NCBI GenBank assembly: GCA_036351335.1
Contig: JAZBOW010000229.1
Span: 1-51,657 of the forward strand
DNA from: Bacteroidales bacterium
Lineage (GTDB): Bacteria > Bacteroidota > Bacteroidia > Bacteroidales > F082
DNA: 51,657 bases
Direction of reading: 5' to 3'
Of this stretch, positions 36,783 to 45,407 are shown one piece after another; position 1 is the first letter of the stretch; each line of letters starts with the position of its first letter. A model generated the notes under the pieces. It was not told the origin of the DNA. It saw nothing but the letters and a program-made list of their open reading frames with translations, and did no database searches. A program made the position numbers and the translations under genes.

Positions 36783-37669
36783 TGTCTTTTTCTATTTTCA
36801 TTAAAGTTTTTTATACATTCGGAAGTAACGACTTTTCCTATCTCTACAACCTCTTTAGCTTTATGGAAATCAAAAGTACCACAGGCATACCTGGAAATAT
36901 CAATAAGCAAATCAGGCGGGTTCAATTCAAGGGTCAGTTTCGATATTTGCGACAACATCAGGCTTGTTGTGTCAGTCATTAATTGAAAATATCCGATGCT
37001 GTCATTTTTATTTGCCGGAATAAGTTGTGCCAGTTTTTCCCTGAAACTTTTTAACCGGCCATTGGTCAACTGGTCGATTTTGCCGGGATTCTTGTCAATT
37101 TTCCCAATAGTGTACATAGGAATCTGCGCATTCACATTAACTGCAACAAGTATATCACCTTGCACCCTTTTTACTTGGTTAACCGGAACTGGATTTAAAA
37201 CACCACCGTCAACAAAATGCAAATCATCTATTTTGGTGGGCGTAAGTACAAATGGGATAGATATAGATGCCCTGATGGCTTCCCATAAATTTCCAGATGA
37301 AAACACTTTTTCTTTTTTATTCCTTATATCAGTAGCTACAGCAGTAAAAGGAATGGGTAGGTCTTCAATCTTCTGGTTGGGAATAAATTTCTTAATCTCC
37401 TTTAATACTTTGTCAGCTTTAATTATACCATTCGTGCTCAAAGTGAAGTCAACTAAGCTAAAAACATCCATCCTGTCCAAATTACACAACCACTCTTCAT
37501 ATTCGTCCAGTTTGCCCGAAGCATAAACACCGCCAATCAAAGCACCCATTGACGAACCTGAAATGGAAGAAATCTCAAAACCCTGACTAAGAAGTTCTCT
37601 GATTACCCCAATGTGTGCACTACCACGAGCCCCACCACTACCAAGTACCAATGCTACTTTCTGTTTCAT
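36779..37669 (-). CDS. Patatin-like phospholipase
   Basis: 296 aa with the oxyanion GSGGARGSAHIG, the nucleophile elbow GSSMGA, and the catalytic Asp context VDGGV. Confidence 0.9.
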   Translation of the reverse strand: MKQKVALVLGSGGARGSAHIGVIRELLSQGFEISSISGSSMGALIGGVYASGKLDEYEEWLCNLDRMDVFSLVDFTLSTNGIIKADKVLKEIKKFIPNQKIEDLPIPFTAVATDIRNKKEKVFSSGNLWEAIRASISIPFVLTPTKIDDLHFVDGGVLNPVPVNQVKRVQGDILVAVNVNAQIPMYTIGKIDKNPGKIDQLTNGRLKSFREKLAQLIPANKNDSIGYFQLMTDTTSLMLSQISKLTLELNPPDLLIDISRYACGTFDFHKAKEVVEIGKVVTSECIKNFNENRKRQ

Positions 37670-37678
37670 TTTAACTAC

Positions 37679-38422
37679 TTACTGTTTTAGCTTTCTAACT
37701 GTGAATTCATCATCTGAAAGGCCCTGGTCGAATACCACTTCACTAACAATCATTTTAGTAGCATGATTCTTCTTCAAATCTTTCATTAATATTTCTTTCG
37801 CGCTCCAATAATTTCCTACTTTTTCGTACTGATAAGTTGCATCTTTCATCTTATTTCCTCCCTTATCAAAATACTCAGCAGTTATCGGATAAAAATCTTG
37901 ATTATTGATTTTAATCACCTGTTTTGAATAATCAGTTTTCAATCCGGGCTTGGGTACTAACTTTAGCGTAAATGTTTCGTTATCCTGATCAATTAGCTCC
38001 GGATCATATTTTGAGCTGAACAGTTTGGCTTCCATATCATCATACGAAAAATCGGTTCCTGCAAATTTCTGGTTCTTTACATGTGAGGCTATTCTTCTTT
38101 CTTTACCAAATGCTGGCATATAGATGTACATTACATCTTTTGGTAACGATAAAAAAGCAATGCCTGCCTGTGATGCAGGGCTTGTAAAACGAAATAAACG
38201 CATATCATTTCCTTTCTGTATTACATTTGCTTCGCGCTTACTTTCTTCTCCGTTTTTATCAATTAGAATAATAGTGACTTTGTTTTGCTGATCTTTTGCC
38301 GAATAAAGGACTTCGTCAAGTTTTTGAAGGATCTCATTGGCATCTTGTGCGTGTACATGATTGATAGTGCCTGTCATTACTATTAATGCACATGCTAAAA
38401 CTGATAATTTTAAAATTTTCAT
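37679..38422 (-). CDS. LolA-like outer-membrane lipoprotein-sorting family protein
   Basis: 247 aa with a signal peptide. AGIAFLS, MYIYMPAFGKERRIAS and FAGTDFSYDDM resemble the LolA_like family usually encoded next to COG1033/MMPL exporters. Confidence 0.7.
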   Translation of the reverse strand: MKILKLSVLACALIVMTGTINHVHAQDANEILQKLDEVLYSAKDQQNKVTIILIDKNGEESKREANVIQKGNDMRLFRFTSPASQAGIAFLSLPKDVMYIYMPAFGKERRIASHVKNQKFAGTDFSYDDMEAKLFSSKYDPELIDQDNETFTLKLVPKPGLKTDYSKQVIKINNQDFYPITAEYFDKGGNKMKDATYQYEKVGNYWSAKEILMKDLKKNHATKMIVSEVVFDQGLSDDEFTVRKLKQ

Positions 38423-38450
38423 TTTATTACATTTTTAATTTAATTGAATA

Positions 38451-40712
38451 TTATATATTTTTTAATTTTCGTTTTCTGTTTGCCAGAATTAATATTACAG
38501 GCAATAAGGTTAAAGCCCCAAGTCCTGAACCAATCATACTTAGTGCTACCAACAGCCCAAAGTTCTGTAATGGAACCAGTTCGGAAAATAACAGCACAAG
38601 AAAACCTGCTGCAACTGAAACCACATTTATAATAATTGCTTTGCCACTTACCATTATTGTTTCTTCAAGTGCCTTTTCAACATCGCCGCCGTTCCCATTA
38701 AATGAGTGATTAAAATGTGTGATTACGTGTATTGAATAATCAATACCAATACCCAAGGCTATACTTGCAACTAAAACTGTTGCAATATCAAGCGGGATGC
38801 CTGTTAAGCCCATAAACCCGAATAGAATGATGATTGTGGCTATTATTGGTATTGTAGCATAAATTCCTTTTGCAACAGAACGTAACAATAATCCCACAAT
38901 AATAAGCACCATAACTATGGCTATCAGTAAACTACTAATCTGGCTGTCGATTAAACTGGAATCCAATCTTACATAAACCGCAGGCATACCTGTCACCTCT
39001 ATTTTACATTCTTCAGTCGAATTTTCTACTACAAATGTTTCCATAGCATTTTCAAAATCTTTCATTAATTTACTGTCGGCAGAAGCAAATTTCGATTGTA
39101 TAATAGCTTTGTCAAATTTTTTTGTAACCAATTGCTCCATAATATCTTGTCCCTCTAATAAAAACCAGAGGTTCACAATTTTGTCTTTATCATCAGGTAT
39201 CTTCTTTCCTTCGCCCATTACGTCACTCATTTCTTCAATAAGGTCGGCAACCGATTGTGTTTTGTCTATACCAGGAATAGTTTCCATATAATCCTGAGTC
39301 TTTTTTATCGTTTCTAATACTTCAGGACTCTGAATATCTCCTTTAAATACAACATATACAGGTAAAGAACCGCCAAATTTTTCCTGCATTATGTCTTCGG
39401 TTACCCGGGTAGGATTACCCTTCTTGAAATAATCTGCCATATTTACACTTCTTTGTATCATAAAGACTCCGCTGATAGTAATGAGAAGGAGTAATGACCA
39501 TATTATTAAAGCATATTTAGGATGTTTAAACATTATATTTTTCAGGGGCCGTAAAATATTGTTTGAAAGAAAACCTTCACCCTTTGTATCATCGCTTTCT
39601 AATCTGTTAACGCTTTTGTACATTGAGAATGCAGAAATTAATGCCGGAACAAAGAAAACTGATAAGAGTAAGGCGAAAAACACACCAAGGGCAGTGAAAA
39701 TACCAAAGTCTTGTATCATTGTAAGGTAAGCTCCAAAAACAAATGATACAAACCCTATTACAGTTGTAACTGCGGCCAAAATAATAGGAGTTATTATATA
39801 TGCCAATGCTATTTGTAACGCTTTTTTGCGATCTTTCTCAATGCATTGATTAATCCTGTTTAAAACATGAATCGTATAAGCACTGCCTACAGCCAGTATA
39901 ATAATCGGAATAATGTTTGAGATCATTGTAATTTCGTATCCAAACCAAGTCATTATTCCCAGCGTCCATATAACAGATATTGCAGCTGTTAGCAATGGCA
40001 AAACAACCCCCCGAATTGTACGAAAACTAATAAAGAGGATAATTGCTATCAGTAGAAATACGATTGGGATTAATCTTACAATATCAGACATTATCAGGTC
40101 AGAAACATCGTTCATCATCATTGGCAAGCCTCCATAATATAGTTTCTCGGGCAAATTAAGATTTGTGATTTTCTCTTTGATATCATAAGCTAATTGTTGT
40201 TTGTCAATATCATCGAGCATTGTAAACATGATTAGGGTTGAAGTCCCGTCTTCTGAAACAATTGAACCTTTGTACATCTCTTTTGAAAAAACCCGATGTT
40301 TTAAGCTATCCAATTCCTGTTGCGTATCAGGCATGTCGTATTCATCAACCAGCTTACCTATTTCAATTCCCCATTCACTTCCTTTAATATCAATAACATC
40401 AGTAAGACTTGTTATTGTAGAAATGCCTTTTGTATATTTTAATATATCGGTAATTTGTTTTACATGCTCAATTACTTCCTTTGTGAAAATATCATCGGTT
40501 TCAAGGACAATCATTCCCAACTCATTCCCGCCAAATTCTTTACCTATATCTTTATATAACAAGGCAGCCGGGTCATCATTGGGTAAAGAACTTATTATAT
40601 CGGCATTGATTTTTATATCTTTAAGCTGATAACCAAGATATGCGGTTAATACCGTAACAATAATTATTATCGGCCATTTCAATTTTATTATACTTTCAGA
40701 TAATCTTTTCAT
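38451..40712 (-). CDS. MMPL/RND-superfamily exporter (COG1033 type)
   Basis: 753 aa with two 6-TM bundles, each preceded by a soluble loop. This is the typical size and architecture of HpnN/MMPL-like lipid exporters. Confidence 0.85.
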   Translation of the reverse strand: MKRLSESIIKLKWPIIIIVTVLTAYLGYQLKDIKINADIISSLPNDDPAALLYKDIGKEFGGNELGMIVLETDDIFTKEVIEHVKQITDILKYTKGISTITSLTDVIDIKGSEWGIEIGKLVDEYDMPDTQQELDSLKHRVFSKEMYKGSIVSEDGTSTLIMFTMLDDIDKQQLAYDIKEKITNLNLPEKLYYGGLPMMMNDVSDLIMSDIVRLIPIVFLLIAIILFISFRTIRGVVLPLLTAAISVIWTLGIMTWFGYEITMISNIIPIIILAVGSAYTIHVLNRINQCIEKDRKKALQIALAYIITPIILAAVTTVIGFVSFVFGAYLTMIQDFGIFTALGVFFALLLSVFFVPALISAFSMYKSVNRLESDDTKGEGFLSNNILRPLKNIMFKHPKYALIIWSLLLLITISGVFMIQRSVNMADYFKKGNPTRVTEDIMQEKFGGSLPVYVVFKGDIQSPEVLETIKKTQDYMETIPGIDKTQSVADLIEEMSDVMGEGKKIPDDKDKIVNLWFLLEGQDIMEQLVTKKFDKAIIQSKFASADSKLMKDFENAMETFVVENSTEECKIEVTGMPAVYVRLDSSLIDSQISSLLIAIVMVLIIVGLLLRSVAKGIYATIPIIATIIILFGFMGLTGIPLDIATVLVASIALGIGIDYSIHVITHFNHSFNGNGGDVEKALEETIMVSGKAIIINVVSVAAGFLVLLFSELVPLQNFGLLVALSMIGSGLGALTLLPVILILANRKRKLKNI

Positions 40713-40769
40713 ACGTTATTTCAAATTTGTTTCTACTACTCTGGATTTTAATCATATAATGTTATTTTC

Positions 40770-41321
40770 TTATTTAACACCTACAAAAATGAACACAGGC
40801 AGTATGCTTATTAATATGACTTTTATGCGTGATTCTGAAAACCTTTCTTTAATTAGATTATAATTTAGCCAGGAATATTGATAAGTAATAAATTTCCCCT
40901 TTTCTTTAAGCAAAGTATAAGACCTGGAAATAATCCTTCTTCTTTTTCTTCTATCAAGAAAAGTTAGGGGTATCGTTGAAATGATATAGTCTGTTTGTTC
41001 AATTTTATATCTGTTTTTCAAAATCATTTTTGCATTTTCAGCATCTGAATTAATTATGATTAACCGCTTATCATTGATTTTGACTAATTCATGAATAAAA
41101 TTTTTATTGGTTTCAAATACAAAAAGAGCGGCATCTTCTCTCATTTGGCTAAGGATATGTCTTGTTATTTCTCCTTTACCCGGACCATACTCCACTATCA
41201 ACTTGGCATTGTCAAAATCTATTTTATTTATCATATTTTTTGCAACACGAATAGATGTAGATGTTATCGCTCCAACATTCTTATCTTTTACTAAACCGTT
41301 TACTAATATTTTTTCATCCAT
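40770..41321 (-). CDS. Class I SAM-dependent methyltransferase, phospholipid N-methyltransferase-like (COG3963 type)
   Basis: 183 aa with GAITSTSIRVAKNM.. (PSS-like start), the SAM motif I IVEYGPGKGEIT, and later DYIISTIPL and GKFITYQY. Confidence 0.6.
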   Translation of the reverse strand: MDEKILVNGLVKDKNVGAITSTSIRVAKNMINKIDFDNAKLIVEYGPGKGEITRHILSQMREDAALFVFETNKNFIHELVKINDKRLIIINSDAENAKMILKNRYKIEQTDYIISTIPLTFLDRRKRRRIISRSYTLLKEKGKFITYQYSWLNYNLIKERFSESRIKVILISILPVFIFVGVK

Positions 41322-41352
41322 TACTTTACTTTCATTATATTTTGATAAATTT

Positions 41353-41904
41353 TTAGCTAAACCTTTTATCTAAAATGAAATCCTTCGGATATTTTGCATT
41401 TACATCTTTGTACAAATTATTTACTTCTCTCATTGTTTCTTTCATATCGCTTGGATCTCTAATTACTCCTTTAATTCCCACTTCTTTATTTTTGTAATCC
41501 ATATAACCAACAACTATAGGAACATTCGCCTTTGTTGACATATAATAGAAGCCCTTTTTCCAATGAGGAGTTTTAGCCATATGCCCCTCGGGTGATAATA
41601 CTATATGTAACTCATTGCTATTATTAAATAATTCAATAATATGATTTACAAACTCCTTATTTTTAAATACTGGTATTGAACCAAAAGCCATAAAAAAATA
41701 TTTTATCGGGAATTTGAAAAATTCCTTTTTTGACAAAAACTTATAATTAATTCCTGTGTACATCAGATATAGCTTACCATATAAGCCATCCAAATAACTT
41801 GTATGCGGTGCAAATATGACAATGCTCTTTTTGACATCAGGAAACTCATCCTTTATTTTCCAGCCCAAAACTATTGTAAGGATAAATTCAGAAATAGCTT
41901 TCAT
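41353..41904 (-). CDS. Lysophospholipid/glycerol-phosphate acyltransferase (PlsC/LPLAT family)
   Basis: 183 aa with the HX4D motif FAPHTSYLDG and the motif III VLSPEGH. Confidence 0.75.
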   Translation of the reverse strand: MKAISEFILTIVLGWKIKDEFPDVKKSIVIFAPHTSYLDGLYGKLYLMYTGINYKFLSKKEFFKFPIKYFFMAFGSIPVFKNKEFVNHIIELFNNSNELHIVLSPEGHMAKTPHWKKGFYYMSTKANVPIVVGYMDYKNKEVGIKGVIRDPSDMKETMREVNNLYKDVNAKYPKDFILDKRFS

Positions 41905-41959
41905 TTTAAATTATTATTTGAACTATTATCGTTTTATAGTCAGTTAAATGAAAAAAAAA

Positions 41960-42727
41960 TTATTTTGTCAACACATAAAACACATACTCATATTCTCGTG
42001 CCAAGAATTTATTGTAAGTTGGTGTACCTTCTGTTCCAGCAAAATTTTTACTTAAATACTGAAGAAACTTTGGCATGAGTTTTTTTATCAATTTATCTCT
42101 GCTTGGTGTTGCTAATGTTAAAGCTTTAACAACATTATAAGTGATGTTTTTATCTTTAACTAACTGTAAATTTGAATTTTTCAATTGTGTTTTTAGTTTT
42201 TCAAGTTCTGTTTCACTCCCAAAATCAGTAAAAAGAAAAAAACCGCCTGGTTTCAAAACACGATATACCTCATATAAGAACGTATCCATATGAGAATAGC
42301 GGTGTGCAGACTCAACACTTATTTCGATATCAAATGACTGATCTTGAAAGCTCAAATCTTGTGCGTTTTCCTGCAAAAAATTGATGCTTTCAATTGAATA
42401 ATTTTTATTGCAAAATTCAATAGCTTTTTTACTCAAATCAACCCCGGTTGCTGATCTTGGCAATAAATAACGACTTATATATGATAAACCACCTCCGCGT
42501 CCACACCCTACTTCTAAAACATCTTTCCCCTTAATATCTGCACCAGATGCAACTAAATTATAAAGCTGTATTGAGTATCTGTCTTTTTCATCATTTTTAT
42601 CAAGTTTTATTCTATGGTTATCATTCCAATAACCATAGTTCATAAAAGTGACCTCAGCATTTTTATCAATTCTACTTATATACCAGTACCAAGTTCTAAA
42701 AAAGGTGTTTTTCAATCTTTTTTTCAT
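41960..42727 (-). CDS. Class I SAM-dependent methyltransferase; resembles lipid O-methyltransferases of the mycobacterial phthiotriol-dimycocerosate methyltransferase type (from memory)
   Basis: 255 aa with VLEVGCGRGGGLSYISRYL, TGVDLS, FDIEISVESAHRY, VLKPGGFF and the C-terminal ...YVLTK. Confidence 0.75.
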   Translation of the reverse strand: MKKRLKNTFFRTWYWYISRIDKNAEVTFMNYGYWNDNHRIKLDKNDEKDRYSIQLYNLVASGADIKGKDVLEVGCGRGGGLSYISRYLLPRSATGVDLSKKAIEFCNKNYSIESINFLQENAQDLSFQDQSFDIEISVESAHRYSHMDTFLYEVYRVLKPGGFFLFTDFGSETELEKLKTQLKNSNLQLVKDKNITYNVVKALTLATPSRDKLIKKLMPKFLQYLSKNFAGTEGTPTYNKFLAREYEYVFYVLTK

Positions 42728-42807
42728 TTAATTAAATCTCTTTTTTTTCAACACTGAATATGTATTTATACTATTATTGTTTTTTAGTCAGTTCTGTTTA
42801 AAAAAAA

Positions 42808-43389
42808 TTAGTGAGCTAATCCCTTTGTGAGTATTCCCATCAAACTTTCAAAATAAGGGGAATATTTATCATATTTTTCTTGTAAATAAAATGGTATCTC
42901 AAGTCCTTTCAATACCATAATAAAAACATCTATTAAAACATCAATGTCTTCAATTTCTGCAAATTCTCCATTATGAACCCCTTCTAATATTATCTTTTTT
43001 AATTTCTCTTTTTCCCACTCATCTAACTCATTTCTTAAATCATCAATAAAATGAAAATGTTCGAAGAAGTCTGCTTTTATAGTTTCGTGATAATTAGCTG
43101 CACTGTTTAACACCTCCATTCTTTTGAGAAGATATTCCTTTAATTTTTTAGAAGTATTAAGGTTTGGTTTGTCAACAATAACTGACAATTGATTTTTAAG
43201 ATTTATTATTTCTATTGATACAACCTCTTTAAATAAATCCTCTTTACTGGAAAAATGATAGTATAATGAACCTTTAGCTTTCCTGGCAATCTTTGCAATT
43301 TCATCCATTGAAGTTTTATGAAATCCAAACCGGCTAAACAATTTAGTTGCAACAATTACTATTTTATTCCTTGTATCTTCGAAAGCCAT
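42808..43389 (-). CDS. TetR/AcrR family transcriptional regulator
   Basis: HTH LFSRFGFHKTSMDEIAKIARKAKGSLYYHFSSKEDLF. First gene of the 12-gene minus-strand block. Confidence 0.85.
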   Translation of the reverse strand: MAFEDTRNKIVIVATKLFSRFGFHKTSMDEIAKIARKAKGSLYYHFSSKEDLFKEVVSIEIINLKNQLSVIVDKPNLNTSKKLKEYLLKRMEVLNSAANYHETIKADFFEHFHFIDDLRNELDEWEKEKLKKIILEGVHNGEFAEIEDIDVLIDVFIMVLKGLEIPFYLQEKYDKYSPYFESLMGILTKGLAH

Positions 43390-43502
43390 TTTATGCTATT
43401 TTTGTTTATATGACTAATTACGTTTTAAAGTACAAAGAACTTGAATTTAATTCTAATAACAAAATAAATATCTGAGATATTAGATTTATTTGTCGTTTAC
43501 TG

Positions 43503-43519
43503 TCTTTCAGACTGAAAGA
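43503..43519. promoter_or_regulatory. Palindrome tctttcag-a-ctgaaaga upstream of the TetR gene (operator candidate)
   Basis: Perfect 8-bp arms around a single central nt, about 115 nt upstream of the ATG at 43389. Confidence 0.3.
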
Positions 43520-43613
43520 TAAAAATCAAAAGCAACAAAACATCCTTTCAATTAACGAAAATATGGCGCGAAATAAAAAACTACATACCTGAAATTATGT
43601 AAGTTGCCGTTTC

Positions 43614-43655
43614 TCTACCTCCTTGGACTCGAACCAAGGATCCTCTGATTAACAG
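43614..43655 (-). pseudogene. 3' fragment of a tRNA-Asn(GUU)-like gene (anticodon loop to discriminator); 5' half absent
   Basis: The minus strand reads CTGTTAA-TCAGA-GGATC-CTTGG-TTCGAGT-CCAAG-GAGGTAG-A. This is anticodon loop, stem, variable loop, a perfect T arm and the 3' acceptor strand. No D arm or complementary 5' acceptor strand lies upstream. Confidence 0.55.
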
Positions 43656-43991
43656 CCAAACTAATTACTGGAAGTTTATTAAAGGTTTAATTTTTAATTA
43701 CCATTTTAGGCTGTACTCTAACAAGTATTGAGACATATCTATCATTCAACTGCATGATAATACAATTAATACTTCATTAGAGCTATGCATGGAGGGTTAT
43801 AATTGATAACATTTAAAATTGTCAATACTGACAAAATTAAATCGAATATAAACCTTCAAAAATCAATATTTTTTAGTGTCAAACATTTTAGGTCAAAATT
43901 TATAGTGTTTTTTCATTTCTAGAAAACAAGATGCTAATAATCAGTGAAATATAAAATATACATGGTCCTGGTGGGCCCACTTAATAATCAG

Positions 43992-44027
43992 CCACTTACA
44001 TAGATTTAATTGTAAGTGGTTTTTTTA
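43992..44027 (+). terminator. Strong orphan rho-independent terminator (no ORF upstream)
   Basis: ccacttaca (43992-44000) pairs with tgtaagtgg (44011-44019), followed by tttttttatt. Confidence 0.65.
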
Positions 44028-44156
44028 TTTGTATAACATTTAGCATAACAATGTAATATAAAATTGAGTTTCGTCTGAATCTAAAAAAAGACATGATTTG
44101 TTAAATGTAAAAAAATGGTTAGCTAAATAAGGATTTTAAAAATAATTGCGATTTAA

Positions 44157-44180
44157 GGTTCAAATCACGCCGGCTCACCA
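44157..44180 (+). pseudogene. tRNA/tmRNA-like 3'-end fragment with encoded CCA
   Basis: GGTTCAAATCACGCCGGCTCACCA is a T-loop-like GGTTCAAATC, then acceptor-like CCGGCTC, A and CCA. The upstream sequence cannot form the T stem. Confidence 0.4.
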
Positions 44181-44184
44181 AACG

Positions 44185-44221
44185 GGACAATTTTGTTTTA
44201 GATACGGTTGTCCTTTTTTTG
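44185..44221 (+). terminator. Hairpin plus T-run immediately after the tRNA-like fragment
   Basis: ggacaa (44185-44190) pairs with ttgtcc (44208-44213), followed by tttttttt. Confidence 0.5.
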
Positions 44222-44345
44222 TGCTTCTAAAAGACTTGCTATTCCTCCTAACCCATTGAATCCCTCACTCATCTGACCGGTTCGAACTTATTTTTTTACA
44301 AATATGCAAGCAGGGAAGGGCAATAAAAAAGCGACACTTTTCAAA

Positions 44346-45407
44346 TTATTTTGTAGTTTTCCCTCTCCACCAGGTAGCAAGGGATGAACCGGTAATATTC
44401 ATCATGGGGCCAAATATTGCAGGGGCCAGGCTTACTGTTGTGACCTTGCCCATTTGCAGGGCTAATCCTGATGCCAACCCCCCATTTTGCATGCCGACCT
44501 CCAGGGCAATGGTACGACAATCCTTCTCTTTTAGGCGTAAAAGTTTGGCCGCAAAATAACCAAGTGAATACCCAAACATATTCTGCAAAAGACAGGCAAG
44601 AATCAACATAAACCCGACTTCAAGCAGACTGTCACGCCCGGCAGCAGTGATTACTGTAATGATAATGCCTATTCCAAGCATCGAAGTCAACGACAGTATT
44701 TTCTCCAGCAAATCTTTTCTTCCATTGGCAAAATATTTGAAAAGATATGCACCCATAATTGGCAGCAATCCAAAGATGACGGTGTCTTTTAAGAAAGCTG
44801 TTCCGAATTGTGAGAGTTCAATACCTTCTGTTGCATATCCCAGGAAGTTTTTGAGAAAAATAATAGCCATGTAGGCAGCCATCTGAATGATCATAAGCTT
44901 GCGGCTTTTTTGTCCGTTCTGGAAAAGGTTGAAAATTAGGCCGGCACAAATAGGTAAGATCACCATATTAAAAATTCCCTGCATCATATTCCAGAAATCA
45001 ATCTCAACCATTTCGCCTGCAAAAGTCTGCATCAACAGTGGTGTCATTATCGGAGAAAGTAAGGTGGCAAAAGCTGTCAATGTAACAGATAATGCGAGGT
45101 TGGCTTTTGCAAGAAACGACATCACATTGGATGCCATGCCGCTTGGTGATGATCCCACTAAGATCAGGCCGGCTGCAATTTCCGGTGGAAACTGAAAAAT
45201 GGTGGCAACTGTGATTCCCATGATGGGCATAATGGTGAACTGGCAAATAACACCTGCTATAACTCCTTTAGGCATTTTTATTACCCCTGCAAAATCATTC
45301 AGGCTCATTTGCGAACCCATCCCAAACATGATGATTTGAAGCAGGGGGACAATCAGTAGGGTGAATTGAAACTTCCCTACACCTAAAAAATATTCAGGGT
45401 AATACAT
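44346..45407 (-). CDS. Bile acid:sodium symporter (BASS/SBF) family transporter, probably missing its first TM helix
   Basis: 353 aa with the family block IVPLLQIIMFGMGSQMSLNDF..PKGVIAGVICQFTIMPIMG. Only about 20 aa precede this block, whereas I expect about 40-50. The ORF start overlaps the end of the truncated helicase ORF. Confidence 0.75.
   Translation of the reverse strand: MYYPEYFLGVGKFQFTLLIVPLLQIIMFGMGSQMSLNDFAGVIKMPKGVIAGVICQFTIMPIMGITVATIFQFPPEIAAGLILVGSSPSGMASNVMSFLAKANLALSVTLTAFATLLSPIMTPLLMQTFAGEMVEIDFWNMMQGIFNMVILPICAGLIFNLFQNGQKSRKLMIIQMAAYMAIIFLKNFLGYATEGIELSQFGTAFLKDTVIFGLLPIMGAYLFKYFANGRKDLLEKILSLTSMLGIGIIITVITAAGRDSLLEVGFMLILACLLQNMFGYSLGYFAAKLLRLKEKDCRTIALEVGMQNGGLASGLALQMGKVTTVSLAPAIFGPMMNITGSSLATWWRGKTTK

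Noticed and set aside
36996-37526. 176-aa ORF antisense to the patatin gene. Other shadow ORFs: 40201..40629, 39913..40137, 44887..45195, 19167..19493, 7140..7535, 1140..1481.
   Set aside because: All are nested in, and antisense to, genes with clear family motifs. None has a recognisable motif of its own.
38386-38709. ORFs 38386..38709 and 38444..38632 at the LolA-like/MMPL junction.
   Set aside because: They are antisense to the 3' end of the MMPL gene and to the intergenic spacer. They are low-complexity with no motifs.
44270-44290. ccggttcgaac, a T-loop-like string that might indicate a third tRNA fragment.
   Set aside because: Only the GGTTCGAA core is present. There is no flanking stem complementarity and no acceptor-like sequence.
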